Origin: Pseudomonadota bacterium
GTDB lineage: Bacteria > Pseudomonadota > Gammaproteobacteria > RBG-16-57-12
NCBI GenBank assembly: GCA_040752855.1
Contig: JBFMHP010000001.1
Span: 45,037-109,036 of the forward strand
Direction: 5' to 3'
Length of the DNA stretch: 64,000 nucleotides
A program made the translations under genes and the position numbers. Below the pieces are notes generated by a model. It saw nothing but the letters and a program-made list of their open reading frames with translations, searched no databases and was not told where the DNA came from. This document shows, piece by piece, positions 20,605 through 30,331 of the stretch (the stretch's first letter is position 1; the number at the start of each line of letters is the position of its first letter).

Positions 20605-21009
20605 TTACTTGCGTCCTGGTGCCGGGATGATCGCCCGCAGGGTGATCAGCAGTTGCACATAGCCGTGGCGGTTGATGCCCGCAGGCAAGGGCAGGGCGCG
20701 CAGCAATTGCCACTCGTGCTCCTGGATCTTCAGCGCGCGCGCAAGACTGTCATCGGCCATCAGCTCGCGCAGGCCGGGGGCGAGGTAATATTCGGGCGGG
20801 GTTTCGCGAATCTCATCGCCGATCAGATGCGAGACGGAGACCCCCAGCACGCGCGCCAGGGCCTGGAGTTTTTCGGTCGAGGCGCCCTTGCCGTCGTTTT
20901 CCAGGCGCGAGATGTGTCCCTGGTCCATCCCAGCCTGCTCGGCGAGCTCACGTTGCGTAAGCCCGAGCGCCTTGCGGCAGGCCTTGAGTCGTTCTGCGAG
21001 GATATCCAT
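20605..21009 (-). CDS. XRE-family HTH transcriptional regulator
   Basis: N-terminal HTH_XRE (LGLTQRELAEQAGMDQGHISRLENDGK). Confidence 0.75.
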   Translation of the reverse strand: MDILAERLKACRKALGLTQRELAEQAGMDQGHISRLENDGKGASTEKLQALARVLGVSVSHLIGDEIRETPPEYYLAPGLRELMADDSLARALKIQEHEWQLLRALPLPAGINRHGYVQLLITLRAIIPAPGRK

Positions 21010-21110
21010 GCGGCTATCTTAGCTGTGCGCGCGCGGCCTGAAAATATGTCTTCACGTCATCATTGACTTTTTGATGTCCATATTGCATCGTTATATGTCT
21101 GATTAGCATT

Positions 21111-21443
21111 GTGTCGCAGGAGGATGACATGAGCCTTTACCAAGGCGACCGCCGCCCGGATGGCAATCGTGTGATGGCGAATGGCGCGCCGCTGAAGCCG
21201 CGGCCCGATCTGCTCGGCGGGGCATTTCAGGGCTATGACTGGGGCCGGGACTGCCTCGGCGCGCGGCACGTGGCGATCGCTATCCTGGCCGACCGCTGCG
21301 GCGATGATGCGGCGCGCCAGCACCATCTCGCCTTCCTGGAAATGGTGGTCCAGCATTTTTCCGACCACTGGAGTTTGAGCGGGGCGCAAGTCGACGCCAT
21401 CCTCAGCTACATCAAGGCGCTGGAGGCGCAAAAGCAGCGCTAG
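21111..21443 (+). CDS. Hypothetical protein, divergent from the XRE regulator
   Basis: 110-aa ORF. The start may be the internal Met at 21129. Confidence 0.4.
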   Translation: MSQEDDMSLYQGDRRPDGNRVMANGAPLKPRPDLLGGAFQGYDWGRDCLGARHVAIAILADRCGDDAARQHHLAFLEMVVQHFSDHWSLSGAQVDAILSYIKALEAQKQR

Positions 21444-21553
21444 GTGTCGATTGTCAGCGGCTTTTAATAGCCATATATATGACTATTAAGTCCATTATTT
21501 GCCATTAAAGGCTTTATTATCGGCTTTTATTTGTCTTCCTTGTCGTTTCTTTC

Positions 21554-21621
21554 ATAATAGACTAATTTATATCTATTAACCCCGTATGAACAGGTATCAC
21601 AGCCTTTTATTAGTCTATTAT
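21554..21621. promoter_or_regulatory. 13-bp inverted repeat ATAATAGACTAAT / ATTAGTCTATTAT in the AT-rich hipB upstream region
   Basis: Arms at 21554-21566 and 21609-21621. The right arm overlaps the hipB start codon. Candidate HipB auto-operator. Confidence 0.4.
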
Positions 21622-21955
21622 GAGAATGCTTTCCCTGTCGGACAAGGCCATCGCGGAGCTGCTCGGCGAGCGGATCAAGGCCCTGCGCCTGCGCCGCAAT
21701 ATCACCCAGGAAGCCCTGGCGCAGGCCACGGCCTTGTCGCTCAACACCATCAAGGCGCTGGAATCGGGCAAGGGCAAGCTCGCCACGGTGATTGCCGTCT
21801 TGCGTGAGCTGGATGCGCTGGACCAGTTGGACAACTTCATCCCGCCGCCCACCATCAGCCCGCTGCAGCTGGCCAAGAGGCAGGGCAAGCAGCGCGCGCG
21901 GGCCAGCGGTTCGCGCGCGCTGCCCGCCTCGGATGAGGATGAAGCGCCGTGGTAA
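21620..21955 (+). CDS. hipB: HipB-like XRE antitoxin
   Basis: HTH_XRE domain (IKALRLRRNITQEALAQATALSLNTIKALESGKG). Overlaps hipA by 7 nt. Confidence 0.8.
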   Translation: MRMLSLSDKAIAELLGERIKALRLRRNITQEALAQATALSLNTIKALESGKGKLATVIAVLRELDALDQLDNFIPPPTISPLQLAKRQGKQRARASGSRALPASDEDEAPW

Positions 21956-23277
21956 AGAAGGTCGATACCGCGCTCGTTTCACTGTGGGGGCACGTCGTCG
22001 GGGCGGTGTCGTGGCTGGAGGAGCGCGGCTACGCCGTGTTCGAATACGACAAGGCCTTCTTACAGAAGGGGCTGGATCTCGCGCCGCTGCACATGAGCCT
22101 GGAGCAGGCCCGTCAGGGCGATGGCATCTTCGCCTTTCCGGCGCTCAACAAAATTACCTTCCACGGACTGCCCGGGCTGCTCGCCGATGCCCTGCCGGAT
22201 AAATTCGGCAACAGCATCATCGACGCCTGGCTCGCGCGCCAGGGACGGGATGCGGCGGACTTCAGCCCCGTGGAGCGGCTCTGCTACACCGGCAAGCGCG
22301 CCATGGGCGCCCTGGAATTCGCCCCCGCGACGCTGGACCGCTACGACAGCGCCGTGCCGGTCGAGATCAGCGAACTGGTCGGGCTGGCGCAGCACGTGAT
22401 GCGCGAGCGCAAGGGCCTGGCCACCCACTTGGGCGCTTCCGAGCCGGCCAACGCCGAGGCGATCCTCGACATCCTGCGCGTGGGCACCTCGGCCGGCGGG
22501 GCGCGGCCCAAGGCGGTGATTGCGCTCGATGCAGAGGGCCACGTCCTCTCCGGTCAGACCGAGGCGCCGCCCGGCTACGACTACTGGATACTGAAATTCG
22601 ACGGCGTCACCGATCTGGAGCTGGGTGAGCCGCGCGGCTATGGGCGCATCGAATACGCCTATCATCGCATGGCCCAGGCCGCCGGCATCGAGATGAGCGA
22701 GTGCCGCCTGCTGGAGGAAAACGGCCGCGCGCATTTCATGACCAAACGGTTCGATCGCGTCGCCGGCCGCAAGCTCCACCTGCAATCGCTGTGCGGCATC
22801 GCTCACTACGACTTCAATCAGGCCGGCGCCTACGGTTACGAGCAGGTCTTCACCGTGATGCGCCGCCTGCGCTTAAGCAAGGCCGAGGCGATCCAGCAAT
22901 ACCGGCGCATGCTGTTCAACGTCATCGCGCGCAATCAGGATGATCACACCAAGAACGTCGCCTTCCTGATGGGTCCGGACGGCCGGTGGCGCCTGTCGCC
23001 CGCCTTCGATGTGATCTACTCGCACAACCCCCATGGCAAGTGGACCAACCAGCATCAGATGAGCCTCAACGGCAAACGCGATCACTTCACCCTGGACGAT
23101 CTCATCACGGTGGGCGAATCCATCAGTATCCCCAAACCGCAGGCCCTCATCGATGAAGTGATGAACGCCGTCGCACACTGGCCGGAGTTTGCCGCGCAGG
23201 CGGGTGTTGATAAAGCGCATATCGAGGAGATCGCACGCCATCACCGGCTGGGGATTAAAAAGGCCGCCGCGCATTGA
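21949..23277 (+). CDS. hipA: HipA-family serine/threonine kinase toxin
   Basis: 442 aa. Blocks GTSAGGARPK, KRFDR and DDHTKNVAFLM match the E. coli HipA nucleotide-binding and catalytic regions. Confidence 0.9.
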   Translation: MVKKVDTALVSLWGHVVGAVSWLEERGYAVFEYDKAFLQKGLDLAPLHMSLEQARQGDGIFAFPALNKITFHGLPGLLADALPDKFGNSIIDAWLARQGRDAADFSPVERLCYTGKRAMGALEFAPATLDRYDSAVPVEISELVGLAQHVMRERKGLATHLGASEPANAEAILDILRVGTSAGGARPKAVIALDAEGHVLSGQTEAPPGYDYWILKFDGVTDLELGEPRGYGRIEYAYHRMAQAAGIEMSECRLLEENGRAHFMTKRFDRVAGRKLHLQSLCGIAHYDFNQAGAYGYEQVFTVMRRLRLSKAEAIQQYRRMLFNVIARNQDDHTKNVAFLMGPDGRWRLSPAFDVIYSHNPHGKWTNQHQMSLNGKRDHFTLDDLITVGESISIPKPQALIDEVMNAVAHWPEFAAQAGVDKAHIEEIARHHRLGIKKAAAH

Positions 23278-23429
23278 TAGCGCCTGCTCGCTACAGTGCA
23301 TTGCGGGGCAAAAAATTTGTGAGTACTTCACAAAAACTTCTGCGATCTGCGCTCAATACGCTCGTCTTCAATGAAACTTTCCATGTGCTATAGTTAGCTG
23401 CCTCCGACGCGGAGTCTACACAGCGGAAG

Positions 23430-25319
23430 TTGGACATGCCCCGAAATACATCTCGCGACAATACCGATGAAATCCTGCGGCTCACCATGGAAGGCACCTC
23501 GGCCGTGGTGGGCGAGGCCTTCTTTCGGTCACTGGTGCGCCATCTGGCCGAGGCGCTGCAGGTGCGCTACGCCTTCATCTCGGAGTTCACCCAATTAAAA
23601 TCTCGAGTGCGCATACTCGCCTTCTGGCCGGATGACAAGGCACCCGACGGTTTCGAATATGACCTCGAGCACACCCCCTGCGAGCAGGTGCTGGGCGGTG
23701 AGATGCGCTTTTACCCTAGCGGCGTGCAGCAGCTCTTTCCCGAAGAAGTAGGACTGGTCGAGCTGGGCGTGGAATCCTATCTCGCCATTCCCTTGACCAA
23801 TGCCGCAGGCGAGGTCTTGGGACATCTCGCCATGATGAACGACCGCGCGATGGAGAACCATCCGCGCGACATGTCGGTGTTCAAGATCTTCGGCGCGCGC
23901 GCGGCCGCTGAATTGGAACGAAAGTGGACCGACGACGCCCTGCAGGCGAGTGAGCAGCGCCTCGCCGCCATCCTCGACTCGGCCATGGATGCCATCATCA
24001 CCATGGACGAAACCCGGCGCATCACCCTGTTCAACAACGCCGCCGAGCGGGTATTCGGTTGTGCCGCCGCCTGGGCGCTGGGTCAGCCGTTCGATCGCTT
24101 CCTATCCAAACCTTTCCGCCGCATGCTCGATGAGTATTTCACCTCGCCCAAGGATCAGGTGTGGGCGCCGGAGGGACTCACCGCGCTGCGCGCCAACGGC
24201 GAGGAATTCCAGATCGAGGCAACGCTCTCGCCCGTGCAGGTGCGCGGGGAGAGGCTCTACACCGTGATCCTGCGCGACATCAATGATCGCCGCCGCGCCG
24301 AAGAGGAACTCAACCGCCTCAAGCTGGAAAGACACTATCTGCGCGAGCAGGCCTTTGGCCGCGACGACTTCCAGAACATCCTGGGCCGGTGTCCAGCGAT
24401 GCAGAAGGTGTTCGCTGACATCCGCGAGGTGGCGCCCACCAACGCCACCGTGTTGCTCAACGGGGAAACCGGCACGGGCAAGGAGTTGATCGCCCGCGCC
24501 ATCCACGACTTGAGCCCGCGCCACGACAAGATCCTAGTCAAGATGAACTGCGCGGCCTTACCCAGCGAGCTGATTGAAAGCGAACTGCTCGGCCACGAAA
24601 AGGGCGCGTTTACCGGCGCGACCGCCCAGCGCAAAGGACGCTTCGAACTGGCCGACGGCGGCACCTTGTTTCTCGATGAGGTGGGCGAACTCTCGCTCCC
24701 CGCCCAAGCCAAGTTGCTGCGTGTATTGGAGGAGCACGAATTCGAACGTGTCGGCGGCGCCCGCACCATCCGCGTCGACGTGCGCGTGATCGCCGCGACC
24801 AATCGCAACCTGGAAGACATGGTGCGCGAAGGCAGCTTCCGCGCCGATCTCTACTACCGTCTGCATATCTTTCCCGTGCGCGTGCCGCCGCTGCGCGAGC
24901 GCAAGGCGGATATCCCCCTCCTGACCGAGCACTTCCTCGCCGGATTCGGCCGGCAACTGGCCAAGCCGCTCGGTGAGATGTCGCGCCGCTCCATGGAGCG
25001 GTTGATGATGTACGACTGGCCGGGCAACGTGCGCGAACTGCGCAATGTGCTCGAACGCGCCGCCATCCTCGCCAAGGGTCCGATCATCGACGTGGATGAT
25101 CTGATCGTCGCAAATCACCTGCCCCAGCCGCACGAATTCACTGCCACGACACTCGCGGAGGTGGAGCGCGCGCATATCAAACAGGTGTTAGAGCGCGCGC
25201 ACTGGGTCATCGAGGGTAACCAAGGCGCCGCGGTGATGTTAGGAATGAATCCCAGCACCTTGCGTTTTCGCATTCAAAAACTCGGCATCAAACGCCCGCA
25301 ATCCGAACCCGCCGCTTGA
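23430..25319 (+). CDS. Sigma-54-dependent transcriptional activator (GAF + PAS + AAA+ sigma-54 interaction + Fis-type HTH)
   Basis: Has GETGTGKE Walker A, the GAFTGA motif (EKGAFTGATAQRKG) and a C-terminal HTH. The N-terminus has GAF/PAS-like sensory regions. Confidence 0.9.
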   Translation: MDMPRNTSRDNTDEILRLTMEGTSAVVGEAFFRSLVRHLAEALQVRYAFISEFTQLKSRVRILAFWPDDKAPDGFEYDLEHTPCEQVLGGEMRFYPSGVQQLFPEEVGLVELGVESYLAIPLTNAAGEVLGHLAMMNDRAMENHPRDMSVFKIFGARAAAELERKWTDDALQASEQRLAAILDSAMDAIITMDETRRITLFNNAAERVFGCAAAWALGQPFDRFLSKPFRRMLDEYFTSPKDQVWAPEGLTALRANGEEFQIEATLSPVQVRGERLYTVILRDINDRRRAEEELNRLKLERHYLREQAFGRDDFQNILGRCPAMQKVFADIREVAPTNATVLLNGETGTGKELIARAIHDLSPRHDKILVKMNCAALPSELIESELLGHEKGAFTGATAQRKGRFELADGGTLFLDEVGELSLPAQAKLLRVLEEHEFERVGGARTIRVDVRVIAATNRNLEDMVREGSFRADLYYRLHIFPVRVPPLRERKADIPLLTEHFLAGFGRQLAKPLGEMSRRSMERLMMYDWPGNVRELRNVLERAAILAKGPIIDVDDLIVANHLPQPHEFTATTLAEVERAHIKQVLERAHWVIEGNQGAAVMLGMNPSTLRFRIQKLGIKRPQSEPAA

Positions 25320-25650
25320 GCACAGATCCTTCGTGGGATGCGGTTTAGGCTACATGCGTTGCACGGAACACAGGCGCGACTAGCGCGCAGATTAACTTGT
25401 GGTAGACGCGATTTCATCTTACTGACAGTGTCATATGGTCCCGCACTTCGGTGGACCGCTATCGACCTTAACCGCCATCTGTAAGGGTGGTTTTGAGGAG
25501 TGGTATGATCCAAAAAGCAGTCATTCCTCTAAATTTCTCAGATGCCAGCTAGAGGCGTTGTCCTACGGGATCGGTTTCCAAAAGGTAGGTGTGTCCGCAC
25601 GCTAAGAAAAAGTACGTTTTTAATATTGACTTAACTTAACTCAAGCAAGG

Positions 25651-26478
25651 CTAGGTTAGTTCTAAACTTTTTTGCCACAGCATATCAGCTAATTCTGCGT
25701 CATAAGACATTGGCGATGATTTTTCCACACGCATTTGATTGAAATATCTCCCAGATACGCCTTGAACATCTTGGGAAGTACTCAGGTATATTTGAGCTTT
25801 CGCACCGTTCTCAGGGCTTATTCGGCCCATTGGGAAAGTCCCATTTGAACTTCTATCCTCAATGCTAAATTTAGTTTTGATCACGCCTGGGTGTAGTGCA
25901 TTGATGGTTGTATCGTAGCCTTTTAAATCGCTTGCTAATTTGTATGTAAACAGAATATTGGCAAGTTTAGAGTCACAATAAGCTTTGAAACCATGATAGT
26001 TCTGTTCGTGCATGAGGTTATTTGGATCAATATTGCCGTGTGCATGAAGATCAGATGCAACCACAATGGTGCGAGATGCGGGCGTATCTTTTAACATGTC
26101 TATCAACAGGGTTGTGGTTAGAAAATACCCCAAATGATTCACCGCAAATGTCAGCTCAATGCCTGCGGCTGTTTCTACTCTTTTTTTGCTCATTAGCCCG
26201 GCATTGTTCACCAGAACATCTAGACGGTCATGTTTTCTCCTAAATTTTTCCGAAAACTCGATAATAGAAGCTTGTGAAGAAAAATCGCACATCAGCAAGT
26301 CGACATTATCATTTTTTGAATACTCTATAACTTCTCCAAGTGCTGCTTTTCCTCGCTCTTCGTCCCTTGCGACCACAACAGTGGTTCCGCCCATTTTTGC
26401 TAGCTCTTTTGCTGTTACTAATCCAATTCCGGATGTGCTTCCTGTAACTACACAAACTTTTCCTTTGACGTTATTCAT
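25651..26478 (-). CDS. SDR-family oxidoreductase (retinol-dehydrogenase-like), low-GC island
   Basis: TGSTSGIG Rossmann motif, NNAG motif and YxxxK motif (YCDSK). Confidence 0.85.
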   Translation of the reverse strand: MNNVKGKVCVVTGSTSGIGLVTAKELAKMGGTTVVVARDEERGKAALGEVIEYSKNDNVDLLMCDFSSQASIIEFSEKFRRKHDRLDVLVNNAGLMSKKRVETAAGIELTFAVNHLGYFLTTTLLIDMLKDTPASRTIVVASDLHAHGNIDPNNLMHEQNYHGFKAYCDSKLANILFTYKLASDLKGYDTTINALHPGVIKTKFSIEDRSSNGTFPMGRISPENGAKAQIYLSTSQDVQGVSGRYFNQMRVEKSSPMSYDAELADMLWQKSLELT

Positions 26479-26717
26479 GCGCGTATCCTTTAGTGCGTAT
26501 TAATTAACCTCAGCCATAGCGTCCCTGGTGACTCATATTATTTAGGTTGCTACCGGGAGTTCTGACTTTTATCGTTTGGTTAATTTAATAATTAACAGTG
26601 TTAGAAATCTGGTTTTAACCCAGTTTTTGAAGGAGGTAGAGCTGCGAGCAAGTACGAGTGAACAAAACTCTGCTGTATTTACTTTACTCGCGCTCATAAA
26701 ACTAAGGCCTTGACCCT

Positions 26718-27692
26718 TTAGTTGCAGCCGTGAGACTTGGGGAGGAATTCATTTTGAGGATCAATCAACGCCGTTCCTGATGTTGGCCAGGCCATTTGAT
26801 TGCCGCCATAAACGCCGGTCGGAGCCTTCGCCCAGGTTGCTGCCGCTGAACCGCCATATGCACCATTATCCCAGTTATAGAAAGCGGAAACATAGCTTGA
26901 GCAAGAGCTGGCACCAGCTTTACAAGCGCGAGTTAAGTCATACTTAAGCTTAATGCGTGCAAAGCCACAACCATGCTCATCGGTAACGATAATGTTAGGA
27001 AGGCCGCCAAGAGGGACAGCATACCCAGTTTCGTCGCTGGTCAATGGATTGAGCGTGCCAATGTCCCACATGGTGTAAACAGCATTCGGAAAGGCGTCTC
27101 GAATAGTGACTAGTACGTCAAACAAGCCGTTTTTGTCTTCCTTAACGCTTAGCTTACCGGAGATTTTCTCCCAGTCCCCCACCGTTGGGTTGATTGCGAA
27201 GCCTTGTTTACGATAAATAGACGGCTCTGCACCGGATTCATTAAAGGACACTGGCGTCAGTCGTTTATCTAGGCCGGTAAATCCTGGACCGAGGAAGTTG
27301 CTGCCTACTTCACCTAGAGGGATATTTACTGTGTCTAGGTCAATATAGCCACCAGGATTAAAGTAATCAAAAAAGGCGCGAGTAGTAGCAACTGGAAGGT
27401 TGCGATCTGTATAGGAAAAAATAGTACCTGAGTAATAAGAACCTTCCTGGTATACACCAATTTCATTAACCGGTGGGTAAGCATTTAGATACGGAACGGC
27501 CGGCGAAACGCCTGAGTAGTCCACTACGGCTTTTCCGTTATAATTATTGATGCCATGGACGACATAGCCTGAAATATCAACACTCTTTTGAGCGCCTGAT
27601 GAGCGCTTATCACTTGCCAAAGCATAGCTGCCAACGCCAGATGACAAAGCCAGAAAAAGTGAAGCTTTAGCGATATTTTTAATTATAGTCAT
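26718..27692 (-). CDS. Hypothetical secreted protein, low-GC island
   Basis: 324 aa with signal peptide. No recognisable family. Confidence 0.5.
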   Translation of the reverse strand: MTIIKNIAKASLFLALSSGVGSYALASDKRSSGAQKSVDISGYVVHGINNYNGKAVVDYSGVSPAVPYLNAYPPVNEIGVYQEGSYYSGTIFSYTDRNLPVATTRAFFDYFNPGGYIDLDTVNIPLGEVGSNFLGPGFTGLDKRLTPVSFNESGAEPSIYRKQGFAINPTVGDWEKISGKLSVKEDKNGLFDVLVTIRDAFPNAVYTMWDIGTLNPLTSDETGYAVPLGGLPNIIVTDEHGCGFARIKLKYDLTRACKAGASSCSSYVSAFYNWDNGAYGGSAAATWAKAPTGVYGGNQMAWPTSGTALIDPQNEFLPKSHGCN

Positions 27693-27759
27693 TGATATGT
27701 CCTTATTTAAAAATGATTCATGTGAAAAATTTGTACATTGTCTTCAAGTCCAACGACCG

Positions 27760-29634
27760 CTAGGCGATAGTTAACTCAGTATCCATTTGATTTGTAATGG
27801 TCGATGTTCTAGGTAGGAGCTCGAGTCTCGCTGAATGTTTGATACTTTTAATTCTGTCGATTGTCTGTTGAAGACTTTGCTCACTTCCATAATATTCAAA
27901 GAATTGTTGCCTAGCGCCATGCTCATAAATGAAAGGTCGGGTTTTTTGGCCATAACCAAATTCGACAATTGCATCAGTACTAGCTGGAATTAATTCATCG
28001 ATGGACTGGAATGATTGTGCCGAATACATAGGAATATTGGCCATATCCAGAATTAAATTTCGCACCTCATCTTTTGATGAGGCGATACCAGTACCATTAT
28101 TTGCCACAATCGGGATATCTGGCTCTAAAAATAAGATGTTTTCATCGACTATAAAGTTACTAATGTCGATTCTTGCTGCTGCAAGCTTTGGCGAGTGTAC
28201 GATTTCAATCGTTGGGCGCTTAAACTCTTTAACATTAATCGTATTTTTAAATGATTTGTTAATAAAAGCCATAACTTCATTGAAAATGCTATGATGTATA
28301 TATACATGGACTTCTTGCTTTTCCAAAGTAAGCGTTTGCCAACGGAAAACATCAATCCGTTCAGGGAACATACGCTGAATGTCTTTCAAATCGTGAATAA
28401 TCGAGCGTCCATCCAGGCTGACTATATGCCAAGTTCCAACGCTATTTGCATGTGCATATTTGTAAATACTACCCAAGGTGTAATTGGCAACTTTGATCCC
28501 GTCTTCCAGAGATAATGCATTGCTAGCAATAGCAGCTGCTATCATGCCATAACTTTCTCCACCGACACTATTAATTAAGAAATCACTGGATGAAGTTTTT
28601 AAGTGCTCAAACAGGGCAAGATTATACACTGTCATGGATGAGCCAATGTTATTCCATTTTTTGGCGACATCGTCATTCGATAACTCTTCTTCGAAGAAGA
28701 ATCGCGATACGTAATCGGTTCCTTGTTCCTGATTATGCTGACTTAATATTTCAGCTGAATCTTCGAATACTGAGCGTACTTTATTATTTCCTTTTTCGTA
28801 TAGATCTCTGGAAATATTGGTGTAAGAACGACGGCTGTTCATTCCAGGAAAATAGGCATGTAATGCAATTTTTTTTGTTTCTGGTATCCAGATAGGGTGA
28901 GTATTTAAATCAAGGCGATTTTTTTGAATGGCTATGTTTCTATCAATCACTGATGGGCTAATATTTTTACCTCGTTGACTCAAAGACAAATCAATCAATG
29001 CATGATATAATGTGGTAAAGCTTTCATCTGATTTATCCCAGTTTTCAACATGGTTTTCTATTAATCGCTTAACTAATGACTTGTCGTTGTTACTATCATG
29101 CTCTAACAGACGCTCAACCATTCCCATTTGGCTCAATGCTGTCAAGGTATAAGCAATTCTCATAAAACCAGACCGGTAAAACAAATTGGTCGGTTTATGT
29201 CCATTTTCGAAATCGTAAGTTGTTGATATATTTTCAATAAGCTTGTCAGCGAGCGAATCAGGTAAGGCATTCACAAGATTTAGTTTATGAGAAATATCCA
29301 CGCAGTACGTGTATGCCATATAATCTAATTCACTTTCATCAGCGCTAATTAACTTGTCAATGATGCTGAGCAGATACTCCTGGGTATTTTGGGTGAATCT
29401 ATGGGTTAGCCCTAAATTATCCAGAGTAGATAAACAATAGTGACTAAAAATTGCTTTCAAATTGATCGGTAACGTGTCGATAAGCTCGCCAGAGACTTTA
29501 ACCCAGTCTCGTTTGTATTCGAGGTACTTAAGCTCATCAAGAACGCCAATGCAGTTAACCATTAATAATATCGAGAAAACATATTCGTTGGGACGCTGCT
29601 CAACTCTTGCTCGATCTTCCAAGCTTGCATCCAT
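27760..29634 (-). CDS. Large protein with C-terminal FabD-like (malonyl-CoA:ACP transacylase-type) GxSxG acyltransferase domain. Likely the 3' part of a gene interrupted by an in-frame TGA.
   Basis: The SVGGESYGMIAAAIASNALSLEDGIKV block parallels the FabD GHSLGEYSALVAAGALSFEDALKLV block. It is in the same reading frame as the upstream 29755-30327 ORF. Confidence 0.55.
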   Translation of the reverse strand: MDASLEDRARVEQRPNEYVFSILLMVNCIGVLDELKYLEYKRDWVKVSGELIDTLPINLKAIFSHYCLSTLDNLGLTHRFTQNTQEYLLSIIDKLISADESELDYMAYTYCVDISHKLNLVNALPDSLADKLIENISTTYDFENGHKPTNLFYRSGFMRIAYTLTALSQMGMVERLLEHDSNNDKSLVKRLIENHVENWDKSDESFTTLYHALIDLSLSQRGKNISPSVIDRNIAIQKNRLDLNTHPIWIPETKKIALHAYFPGMNSRRSYTNISRDLYEKGNNKVRSVFEDSAEILSQHNQEQGTDYVSRFFFEEELSNDDVAKKWNNIGSSMTVYNLALFEHLKTSSSDFLINSVGGESYGMIAAAIASNALSLEDGIKVANYTLGSIYKYAHANSVGTWHIVSLDGRSIIHDLKDIQRMFPERIDVFRWQTLTLEKQEVHVYIHHSIFNEVMAFINKSFKNTINVKEFKRPTIEIVHSPKLAAARIDISNFIVDENILFLEPDIPIVANNGTGIASSKDEVRNLILDMANIPMYSAQSFQSIDELIPASTDAIVEFGYGQKTRPFIYEHGARQQFFEYYGSEQSLQQTIDRIKSIKHSARLELLPRTSTITNQMDTELTIA

Positions 29635-29754
29635 ATAAGATACAAGAGCGTTTAGCCGATGGTTTTCTGGTTTGGTGGCGTAATCTGATAAGCCAATTAT
29701 GCCCAGAACGGTTAAGAAGGCTGCGATTCCTCTTCCTTTGTGCCAAACGTCTTC

Positions 29755-30327
29755 TCAGCCTGTAGCTACGTTGAAGGCCTGATCAACGTAGTCGATATTG
29801 CCTTTGGTTAGTTTGTCTACCAAACCAATATGAGCAATGCCTAAGAATAGATTTCCGTAGGCCTGAAGCGCGATGTAGCATTCCTTTTCGTTTGAGGTAG
29901 GCAAGCACCCAAGCTGATTTAGCGCATCGTCAACTAGATCAATTTCCTTATTCATCCACAAGTGAGGGTCTAAGCCTAGCTTTCCGAAAGATTCAAATAA
30001 AACTGAACTTGCTGAAACGTACAAATTCGGATTATCTATTTTCTTTAATGATTCAATGATCGTTTCGATTCTTGGGTGTAATTCTTTTCGCTGGAAAAAT
30101 AGTATTTCTGGGTTATTGAAATCCAATATAAAATCACATAATTCCTTAAAGAACTGATTGTATGGATTTGATGTTACGATTGATTCGTCTAATACCCCGA
30201 ATATTTCCTTTATATAGTTGGATTCGATGGGGTCAAAGTTTTTTGTGTTTGCGCCAAGTCCCCGCCCTTTAACTAAAGTAGTCCATGGACCCTGCAAAGC
30301 TCTAGATTCATTTGTAATATTCAACAT
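29755..30327 (-). CDS. N-terminal segment (190 aa) in frame with the downstream acyltransferase-domain ORF. Separated from it by a single TGA at 29755-29757.
   Basis: Same frame as 27760-29634. The 40 codons after the stop read as protein-like (EDVWHKGRGIAAFLTVLGIIGLSDYATKPENHRLNALVSY-M...). Confidence 0.45.
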   Translation of the reverse strand: MLNITNESRALQGPWTTLVKGRGLGANTKNFDPIESNYIKEIFGVLDESIVTSNPYNQFFKELCDFILDFNNPEILFFQRKELHPRIETIIESLKKIDNPNLYVSASSVLFESFGKLGLDPHLWMNKEIDLVDDALNQLGCLPTSNEKECYIALQAYGNLFLGIAHIGLVDKLTKGNIDYVDQAFNVATG

Positions 30328-30331
30328 GATT

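Noticed and set aside
25320-25650. Possible tRNA gene at the left border of the low-GC island (a common integration site)
   Set aside because: No cloverleaf-compatible sequence was seen (no GTTCGAATCC-like T-arm with matching acceptor stem).
29755-29757. Selenocysteine (UGA recoding) as the explanation for the in-frame TGA
   Set aside because: No SECIS-like stem-loop is apparent immediately downstream, and no selenoprotein family is recognisable. A nonsense mutation or sequencing error is more parsimonious. It is retained only as a low-probability alternative.
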